Below are positions 15,799 to 21,640 of a DNA stretch of 26,172 nt, piece by piece (positions within the stretch are counted from its first letter, which is position 1; every line of letters starts with the position of its first letter). This DNA comes from Clostridia bacterium. Its GTDB lineage: Bacteria > Bacillota > Clostridia > Christensenellales > Aristaeellaceae. The position numbers and the translations under genes were made by a program. The stretch spans positions 1-26,172 of the forward strand of contig JAZLIA010000003.1 in the NCBI GenBank assembly GCA_045617125.1, read 5' to 3'. Below the pieces are notes generated by a model that did no database searches, had not been told where the DNA came from, and saw only the letters and a program-made list of their open reading frames with translations.

Positions 15799-16185
15799 AC
15801 AATGAGGACCTCATCCGGCGCTCCGCGCCACCTTCCCCAACGGGGGAAGGCTTATCTTGTGAGCTACACGCCTGCCGTAAATGTCATGTATGCTGCCAAT
15901 AACAAACTTGTTGATAACAAACAGGATCGTTCCCACAAGTGACGCGAAGCGCTCTAAATGCGCCTTCCCCACTGGGGAAAGCACCGAAGGTGAGCGCTGC
16001 CAGTGGCGGATGAAGCGAACCGGAGGTGTTACAAGCAAGGGAGTATGACGAGTCGCAACGCAACGAAGTCATACGACCATTGCGCAGTTGACCGAGCGAA
16101 ACGAGAAGCATAGCGTGCCAGGTAGCGCGCAAGAAACGCGCGGTGTGTGCGCGCTTCCGGTTGCGCCGGATGAGGTCTTCTTTGT
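15799..16185. repeat. Non-coding block bounded by a 23-bp inverted repeat and containing GC-rich palindromic (REP-like) units
   Basis: 15799-15821 (acaatgaggacctcatccggcgc) pairs with 16163-16185 (gcgccggatgaggtcttctttgt), with one mismatch and one G-T. Unit 15809-15851 (cctcatccggcgc..caccttccccaacgggggaaggc) recurs inverted at 15962-16015 (gccttccccactggggaaagcaccgaaggtgagcgc...ggcggatgaag). Further hairpins: ccttcccc/ggggaagg (15831-15850) and gtatgac/gtcatac (16033-16072). No credible ORF. Confidence 0.6.
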
Positions 16186-16206
16186 TATTTCCGTTTCGTA
16201 AGCGAA

Positions 16207-16243
16207 CGCCCTGTTTCGCATGAACCGCCCTGTTTCGCATGAA
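16207..16243 (+). repeat. Tandem direct repeat (18 nt, 19-nt period, 2 copies) abutting a promoter -35
   Basis: cgccctgtttcgcatgaa at 16207-16224 and again, identical, at 16226-16243. It ends 10 nt before TTGACA at 16254. Confidence 0.8.
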
Positions 16244-16253
16244 AACGGCGGCA

Positions 16254-16282
16254 TTGACAGCAGGAATGAAATATGATACGAT
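16254..16282 (+). promoter_or_regulatory. Promoter of the leader/ABC-2 operon
   Basis: Consensus TTGACA (16254-16259), 17-nt spacer ending in tga (extended -10 TGn), TACGAT (16277-16282). Confidence 0.55.
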
Positions 16283-16316
16283 ACAAACACGAATTTCAGG
16301 AAGGGAGGGCAGGCCT

Positions 16317-16412
16317 GTGAGAAAACTGCGGCAATATCTTACCCGCGTTGCTCGCGGTTTCGCTTACGATAAATGCCGTTATGGGATAAGTCTGCCCTTT
16401 TTTACCGCGTAA
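16317..16412 (+). CDS. Candidate 31-codon leader peptide / small ORF
   Basis: GGAGG (16304-16308) lies 8 nt before GTG 16317. It encodes MRKLRQYLTRVARGFAYDKCRYGISLPFFTA, with stop TAA at 16410-16412. It is embedded in alternative RNA helices, with an intrinsic terminator following. It is too short for composition-based support. Confidence 0.3.
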   Translation: MRKLRQYLTRVARGFAYDKCRYGISLPFFTA

Positions 16413-16435
16413 CGGCTGAAAGATCATTTTTTTGA

Positions 16436-16474
16436 CGCCGCGCTCCGGAAAAGGGGCGCGGTGTTTTTTGTTTT
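16436..16474 (+). terminator. Intrinsic terminator inside the leader, immediately upstream of the first permease gene
   Basis: 11-bp stem cgccgcgctcc (16436-16446) / ggggcgcggtg (16453-16463, two G-U pairs), loop ggaaaa, then TTTTTTGTTTT (16464-16474). Confidence 0.8.
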
Positions 16475-16498
16475 ACAAATGAATGAAGGTGATATAAA

Positions 16499-17281
16499 TT
16501 GAAAAAACATTTGCATGCTTTCCGGGCCACCGTGCTGCTCAGCGCAAAAGAAAAAAGCTATTTCGGCTTTTTTAATCAGCTGGCTCAGTACCTTTTAAAA
16601 GCCGCGACCCTGGGAGCCCTGATCATGATATGGAACTCGCTGTTTGCCGCGGGGGTCGATACCGACGGCATGACCCTTCAGCAATTCTGTGTTTACACCG
16701 TGATGAGCACAGTGCTTGCCCCGTTGATGGATATACGCACTCCAGCCTCAGGCTGGCTGCATGAGGGCACACTGCTGCGGCTTTATCTGCGTCCGACCGG
16801 CTTATTCTCTCAACTGGCGGCATACACCCTGGGAGGCGCACTGCAGCCGCTCCTGTTCCTTTCCATGCCGGTCGCGGCCGTATCCCTTCTGTTTGGAATG
16901 GACCTGACGCCCGCAAGCGCCTGGTTTTTCCTGTCGCTGCCGCTGACCGTGCTGCAGGGCTTCGCAGTGGACCTGCTGTTTGCCTGCCTGCTCATCCGAT
17001 TGGACGGTCTTGAATGGGTGATACACGACCTTCGCGGCGCAATGACAGCGCTGCTGTCGGGCTCCCTCATCCCCTTTGCCGCGCTGCCGGGAAAGCTGGG
17101 GCCGATTCTGCAGCTTTCTCCTCTTGGCACTCTGGCCGGGGCCCCGCTGGCGCTGTATACCGGCATGGCACAGCCTGTGAAGATCCTGCCCGCGCAGATC
17201 ATCTGGAACCTGATCCTCTGGCCGTTGGCCGCAAAATGCCTTGCCGCCAGCCGGGAAAGGATGGTGTGCTATGGCGGGTAA
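16499..17281 (+). CDS. ABC-2 family transporter permease (COG3694/COG4587-type)
   Basis: 260 aa, TTG start with aaggtga 6 nt upstream. It has six hydrophobic segments. The motif EGTLLRLYLRPTGLFSQL has a counterpart in the next gene (RGQMDHMLLQPVPLLSQI), as in paired ABC2_membrane_6-type permeases. Confidence 0.7.
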   Translation: MKKHLHAFRATVLLSAKEKSYFGFFNQLAQYLLKAATLGALIMIWNSLFAAGVDTDGMTLQQFCVYTVMSTVLAPLMDIRTPASGWLHEGTLLRLYLRPTGLFSQLAAYTLGGALQPLLFLSMPVAAVSLLFGMDLTPASAWFFLSLPLTVLQGFAVDLLFACLLIRLDGLEWVIHDLRGAMTALLSGSLIPFAALPGKLGPILQLSPLGTLAGAPLALYTGMAQPVKILPAQIIWNLILWPLAAKCLAASRERMVCYGG

Positions 17282-18116
17282 TGTGAAAAAGACCTTCCGT
17301 CTGCTCAGGCTCTACGCGAAAATGGACCTTGAATGGATCCTTCAGGATACGCGGGCAGTGATCATCATTCTGCTTTCCGAAACGGTAAGCAATCTGTGCT
17401 CCATGGCGGGCATCCTGCTTCTGGCCGTGCGCTTTGGCGGCATCGGCGGCTTCAATGCCGATCAAATGCTGTTCATGATGGGATTCTTTGAGCTGGGCGG
17501 AGGGCTGTGTTCCATGCTTTTTGGCAATTTCAACGTGATGCACATCAGCCGCAGGGTCGGCCGCGGACAAATGGATCACATGCTGCTGCAGCCGGTTCCC
17601 CTGCTTTCCCAGATCCTATCGGAAGGGTTCATGCCCTTTTCCGGCAGCGGACAGCTGCTGTTGGGAATCGTGCTGACCGTGTTTTCTCTTTGCCGTCTTC
17701 AGCTCACCCTGACCGTCACCTGGTTTTTGCTCCTTTGCTACTATCTGATCGTGCACACAGCGCTGCTTCTTGGGCAAAGCTTCATTTACGGAAGCCTGGC
17801 CTTCTCACGGCCCGTTGCGGCGGAGGAGATCTCCACCATGATTCTGGATGTGAACAGCGAGCTGGGCCGTTTTCCGCTTTTCAGCCTTCCGCGTCCGCTT
17901 GCCGGCATCCTGTGCACCGTGCTGCCTTCCGGCCTTCTGGCCTGGTTTCCCTCCATGGTGCTATTGGGGCAAATGGACCTGACCGTTTCTCTCACTCTCC
18001 CCTTCGTCGTTTCCACGCTGTTTGTGTTGACAGCGGTGACCGTTTTCAGGAAAGGATTGAAATATTATGAAAAAAACAGCTGCAACCGATTCAAGGATAT
18101 GGGGTTCCGCCGTTGA
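17271..18116 (+). CDS. ABC-2 family transporter permease, second subunit
   Basis: 281 aa from ATG 17271, overlapping the previous stop (17279-17281). It is multi-TM and paralogous in layout to the preceding permease. Confidence 0.7.
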   Translation: MAGNVKKTFRLLRLYAKMDLEWILQDTRAVIIILLSETVSNLCSMAGILLLAVRFGGIGGFNADQMLFMMGFFELGGGLCSMLFGNFNVMHISRRVGRGQMDHMLLQPVPLLSQILSEGFMPFSGSGQLLLGIVLTVFSLCRLQLTLTVTWFLLLCYYLIVHTALLLGQSFIYGSLAFSRPVAAEEISTMILDVNSELGRFPLFSLPRPLAGILCTVLPSGLLAWFPSMVLLGQMDLTVSLTLPFVVSTLFVLTAVTVFRKGLKYYEKNSCNRFKDMGFRR

Positions 18117-19068
18117 GCTTTCCCATGTGACCAAATATTTTGACCGCCGTCTTCAAGCCTCCCTTTTCCACAAGGAGCACAGCCGCGTTTATGCGCTGAA
18201 GGATGTGAGCTTTCGCCTGGAAAAAGGCGAGCTGGCCGCCTATGCCGGTCCCAACGGCGCCGGAAAATCCACCACCTTCAAAATTCTGGCCGGTATGCTC
18301 TGCCCTCAGGAAGGACAGGTGCGCATTCTGGGGCTGAACCCTTCACGTGAACGTATTCCTGCCATGAAGCGTGTGGGCGTGCTTTTCGGAAACCGCACCG
18401 AGCTGTGGTGGGATCATCCTGTAAGCGCTTCCTTTGCATGGAAAAAGGAAGTGTGGGATATTGAAGACGAAGTTTACAAACAGGTCTGCGGCGAGCTCAG
18501 GGAAATGCTGGACCTGAACGATTTCTGGAACGCCTTTGCGCGGGAGCTTTCCCTCGGCCAGCGCATGCGGGCCGACCTTGCGCTGTGCATGCTGCACAGC
18601 CCGGAGCTGGTGCTGCTGGACGAGCCCACGCTGGGATTGGATGTGCTGGCCAAAAAGCAGATGATCGCCTTCCTTCGGCGGATCAACCGGGAAAAGCAGG
18701 TGACGCTGATGGTCACCTCCCACGACATGGATGATCTTTCCGAAATGACCGACCGCATCATCCTCATCAACAAGGGCGAATTGGCCTTTGACGGGGATTA
18801 CGACAGCCTGATCCGCATGGCGGGAGACCGGCGCATTCTCAGTGTGCAGGCAAATGCCGACCCGGGCGAGCTTCCCGGCATGGAGAAAAACGGAATGGAG
18901 GGCGGCCGATACCTTTACACCTACCGGGCCGATCAGGTGCCGGCAGGAGAAGTATTCGCCATCCTTTCCCGAAACGGACAGATCACCGATATCCGCATGG
19001 GCTCGGAACCCATCGAAAACGTGATCGCCGAGCTTTACCGAAAATGGAAAAATGAGGACAAAATGTAA
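18067..19068 (+). CDS. ABC transporter ATP-binding protein with C-terminal extension (COG4586-type)
   Basis: 333 aa. Walker A GPNGAGKST, signature LSLGQRMR, Walker B LVLLDEPT, H-loop TSHD. The only in-frame ATG gives a 50-nt overlap with the permease gene. Confidence 0.85.
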   Translation: MKKTAATDSRIWGSAVELSHVTKYFDRRLQASLFHKEHSRVYALKDVSFRLEKGELAAYAGPNGAGKSTTFKILAGMLCPQEGQVRILGLNPSRERIPAMKRVGVLFGNRTELWWDHPVSASFAWKKEVWDIEDEVYKQVCGELREMLDLNDFWNAFARELSLGQRMRADLALCMLHSPELVLLDEPTLGLDVLAKKQMIAFLRRINREKQVTLMVTSHDMDDLSEMTDRIILINKGELAFDGDYDSLIRMAGDRRILSVQANADPGELPGMEKNGMEGGRYLYTYRADQVPAGEVFAILSRNGQITDIRMGSEPIENVIAELYRKWKNEDKM

Positions 19069-19161
19069 AAATCGCTTTTCTGTTTCAAACAGATGTGGTA
19101 AAATGGAGGTAAGCTAAAAAGAAACGCCCGATCTCATCCATTCTGAAAGGAATTGTGAACC

Positions 19162-19839
19162 ATGGATCTTCTGGATTATCTTGTGCGGATCCTGATCGCC
19201 TGTGTGTGCGGGGGCGCCATCGGCTTTGAACGCACCAAACGCCTCAAGGAAGCCGGGGTCAGGACACACTGTATCATTGCCGCAGCATCGGCACTGATGA
19301 TGATCGTGTCCAAATATGGCTTTACCGACATCGTAACAAGTGAAAACAGCATTCTGAACGGCTTGCACGGCGCGGATCCGGCCAGGATCGCCGCGCAGGT
19401 GATCAGCGGCATCAGCTTCCTGGGCGCCGGTGTGATATTCAGGAACGGCAATTCCGTAAAGGGGCTCACCACCGCCGCCGGGATATGGGCCACCTCCGGC
19501 ATCGGCCTGGCGATCGGCAGCGGGATGATGCTGCTGGGCGTGATCTGCGCCGTGATCGTGGTGGCGGTGCAATTGTGGTTCCACCGTTTCTCCGTGGGCA
19601 ATGACGCCTTTTCCGATTTTGATATCAGGATCGCGGCTGCCGCGACAGCAGAATTCAAAGCCTATCTGTTCAGCGCGGAGGAAAGAAAAGAACTGCAGAT
19701 CCTTTCGATCAAGGTCGAAAAAAATACAGACGGTCCGGATGAATGCGTGATCACGCTGCGCACCAAAAAGCAGATGACCCACAAGCAGCTTATTGATTAT
19801 TTTGAAAACGTTCCGGACATCCGTTCCATCTCCATGTGA
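19162..19839 (+). CDS. MgtC/SapB family membrane protein
   Basis: 225 aa. GGAIGFERTKRLKEAGVRTH and GADPARIAAQVISGISFLGAGVIF are the family signature blocks. A soluble C-terminal domain follows. Confidence 0.85.
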   Translation: MDLLDYLVRILIACVCGGAIGFERTKRLKEAGVRTHCIIAAASALMMIVSKYGFTDIVTSENSILNGLHGADPARIAAQVISGISFLGAGVIFRNGNSVKGLTTAAGIWATSGIGLAIGSGMMLLGVICAVIVVAVQLWFHRFSVGNDAFSDFDIRIAAAATAEFKAYLFSAEERKELQILSIKVEKNTDGPDECVITLRTKKQMTHKQLIDYFENVPDIRSISM

Positions 19840-19910
19840 TATAATACTAACCTCATTTCCATATGCGTATTCTGCAGCATAGAACCCCTACAGCAGACGC
19901 ACACCAAAAC

Positions 19911-19947
19911 CAGGGCAATCGCTTACGGAGTTGAAGCGATTGCCCTG
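19911..19947 (-). terminator. Terminator of the orphan 2-TM gene
   Basis: Perfect 14-nt arms cagggcaatcgctt (19911-19924) and aagcgattgccctg (19934-19947). On the - strand it follows the stop at 19972 and precedes gttttggtgt. Confidence 0.6.
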
Positions 19948-19971
19948 CGCACGCATGACCGGCGAACGGTT

Positions 19972-20589
19972 TTATTCCCATTGCCGGAAAACATATTCGA
20001 TTTTCGAGATCTGCCTGAGCCGCCGAATCGTTTTTCTCTCCTGTGAAAATTCAAAAGCCAGATACGCCACGAACTGCCAGATCAAAACCGTGGCGGAAAC
20101 ATCGATCAGGTTGCAGATCCATTCGGGCAGAATATTGAAAAATACATTGTAATTGAAAAATTCGATCAATAACGCCAACAGAGCGAACGACAGGAAGGTA
20201 ACAAAGCTATGCTTCAGCATCGAGATCTTCCTTTTCAGATATTGTTGAATGTATTTTTTAAAACCGATCAGAGCGCTCTCACGGATGCTGTCGTCAGAAG
20301 AAGCGGAAGATTCATACACCGTAAGGACGATCTGTTCCTCTGTAGAATACACACAAAGAGAGGCCTCGATCTCCTCATATAATCCCTGGAACATCTTGTT
20401 TGAAAACATCACATTTTCAGAAAGCGTAGAAAAGAATTGAGAATATAGTGGAACGATCAATCGACCCAGCTTGTCCCGTCTTTGTGAATTCACCGTGCTT
20501 GCAACGGAAATATCCGACAAACGGGAAAAACGGATGGTTCTGGATATTCTCTTATGTTTTCTTTCATCATTTTTATATTTTCCGTCCAT
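19972..20589 (-). CDS. Hypothetical protein: basic soluble N-terminal domain + two C-terminal TM helices; no family recognised
   Basis: 205 aa from ATG 20589 (gggggag 6 nt upstream). The track start 20631 lies upstream of the predicted -10 element. TM candidates are FVTFLSFALLALLIEFF and ICNLIDVSATVLIWQFVAYLAF. The gene is markedly AT-rich compared with its surroundings. Confidence 0.6.
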   Translation of the reverse strand: MDGKYKNDERKHKRISRTIRFSRLSDISVASTVNSQRRDKLGRLIVPLYSQFFSTLSENVMFSNKMFQGLYEEIEASLCVYSTEEQIVLTVYESSASSDDSIRESALIGFKKYIQQYLKRKISMLKHSFVTFLSFALLALLIEFFNYNVFFNILPEWICNLIDVSATVLIWQFVAYLAFEFSQERKTIRRLRQISKIEYVFRQWE

Positions 20590-20619
20590 GATGTTCTCCC
20601 CCGATCCGCGATCAAACGG

Positions 20620-20647
20620 ATCATAACACATTATTCCATTTATTCAA
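20620..20647 (-). promoter_or_regulatory. Dedicated promoter of the orphan 2-TM gene
   Basis: On the - strand: TTGAAT (20647-20642), 16-nt spacer ending in tgt (extended -10), TATGAT (20625-20620). Confidence 0.6.
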
Positions 20648-20666
20648 AAATGGAGCTTTCAGCTCT

Positions 20667-21218
20667 TTATTCCGGCAGTCGGGCCATCAGCATATCCCCG
20701 TTTTCCTTCAGCCATTTTTCCTGCTGCCGGTAATCCGGAAACACCCGCAGCACCTCCGCATAAAACCGGCTGGAATGGTTCATTTCTTTCAGATGACACA
20801 ACTCATGCACCACAACGCTGTTTCGCACCTGCGGCGGGGCCAGCATGAGAAGACAGTTAAAATTCAGCCTTCCCTTTGCGCTGCAGCTGCCCCACTTGGT
20901 TTTCTGAGCGCGGATGGTGATGCCGCTGCAGGAGACCCCGACCAGCGGGGCAAAATGCCTCACTCTTTCAGGAATATCCGTTAACGCCGCTTCCGCCAAA
21001 GCCCTCAGTTCCTCCCGCGTCAGCTTTTCCGCCTCTGCCGTCCTCCGGCTTCGTTCCTGCGCTTTGAGAAGGTGTTCTTCCGCCCATTTCCGGTTTTTCT
21101 GCAGGAAAGCCCGGATGGTCTCATCAGAAGCCCCGATGGGAGCCCGCACGATCAGCCTTCCCTTCCGGATCTCAAGAGCGATCGTTTTCCGTTCGCTGCG
21201 GATCAGCTCATATTCCAT
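20667..21218 (-). CDS. DUF45/YgjP-type zinc metallopeptidase-fold protein (M48-like)
   Basis: 183 aa. N-terminal YELIRSERKTIALEI....L.VRAP, KWGSCS, and the HExxH site VVHELCHLKEMNHSSRFY are typical of the YgjP/DUF45 family. Confidence 0.8.
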   Translation of the reverse strand: MEYELIRSERKTIALEIRKGRLIVRAPIGASDETIRAFLQKNRKWAEEHLLKAQERSRRTAEAEKLTREELRALAEAALTDIPERVRHFAPLVGVSCSGITIRAQKTKWGSCSAKGRLNFNCLLMLAPPQVRNSVVVHELCHLKEMNHSSRFYAEVLRVFPDYRQQEKWLKENGDMLMARLPE

Positions 21219-21283
21219 AAAGCTCTCCGTTCATCCCCCGAATTCATGAACCTGCTGTCAAAAGATCAGCAGATCCTGCACCC

Positions 21284-21312
21284 ATTATACATCAACTGCG
21301 GCGGATCTTCAA
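21284..21312 (-). promoter_or_regulatory. Promoter of the DUF45 gene
   Basis: On the - strand: TTGAAG (21312-21307), 17-nt spacer, consensus TATAAT (21289-21284). Confidence 0.6.
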
Positions 21313-21384
21313 ACCGGGAGTGTGTGTTCCGAGGGCAATCCTCTTTGGGTCAAGGCGACACTGTCCCATCCGCTATTGTGATAG

Positions 21385-21579
21385 AAATATGTCATCCGGC
21401 ATAACCGCACTGTTCAGCGAATCGTTACGATGCCGTTGTATCTTATTGGTGAGCATACCTATCCGCTTTCCAGAGAACTGCAGGATATATATCCGGATAT
21501 ACCATGGAGCCAGATTTCCGGCATGCGTCATCGTCTGATCCATCAATATGATGATACCGACTGGAATATCCTATCATAA
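21385..21579 (+). pseudogene. Truncated HepT/DUF86 (HEPN) toxin remnant
   Basis: The frame is open from 21385 to TAA at 21577-21579 and reads ...RTVQRIVTMPLYLIGEHTYPLSRELQDIYPDIPWSQISGMRHRLIHQYDDTDWNILS. IGE....L......P.IPW..I.GMR..LIH.Y with the Rx4H HEPN motif is the DUF86 signature. About 40 N-terminal and about 30 C-terminal residues of a normal HepT are missing, and there is no start/RBS at the frame opening. Confidence 0.55.
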
Positions 21580-21593
21580 AAGCACCGAATAAA

Positions 21594-21618
21594 GCGGGGC
21601 TGCTGTTCGCAGCCCCGC
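21594..21618. terminator. Terminator after the solute-binding protein gene (usable in both directions)
   Basis: 10-nt arms gcggggctgc (21594-21603) and gcagccccgc (21609-21618). On the - strand it is followed by tttattcggtgctttt. Confidence 0.7.
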
Positions 21619-21640
21619 CCTTTGATTTACTGTTCAGATC

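Noticed and set aside
15799-16185. Invertible promoter (inverton) hypothesis for the segment bounded by inverted repeats
   Set aside because: I could not find a convincing -35/-10 pair inside the segment on either strand. No invertase is nearby, and the downstream operon already has its own promoter at 16254. It is kept only as a minor alternative under the repeat finding.
15811-16240. 75-aa and 118-aa - strand ORFs and the 105-aa + strand ORF (15625..15942) in the repeat block
   Set aside because: They are built from palindromic repeat units, so they read similarly on both strands. They have no RBS, and the translated hairpins (e.g. HLPQRGKA / PPLGKVA) are a by-product of the GC-rich stems.
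16207-16243. Possible CRISPR-like array
   Set aside because: There are only two copies, separated by a single base with no spacers, and no cas genes are present.
19114-19782. 222-aa and 160-aa - strand ORFs
   Set aside because: They are antisense to the MgtC-family gene, whose signature blocks are unambiguous.
21221-21384. MNT antitoxin remnant as a separate feature
   Set aside because: Only AILFGSRR resembles the nucleotidyltransferase motif. The catalytic aspartates are absent, and the region doubles as the DUF45 promoter and leader. This is too weak for a feature call, so it is mentioned only within the HepT finding.
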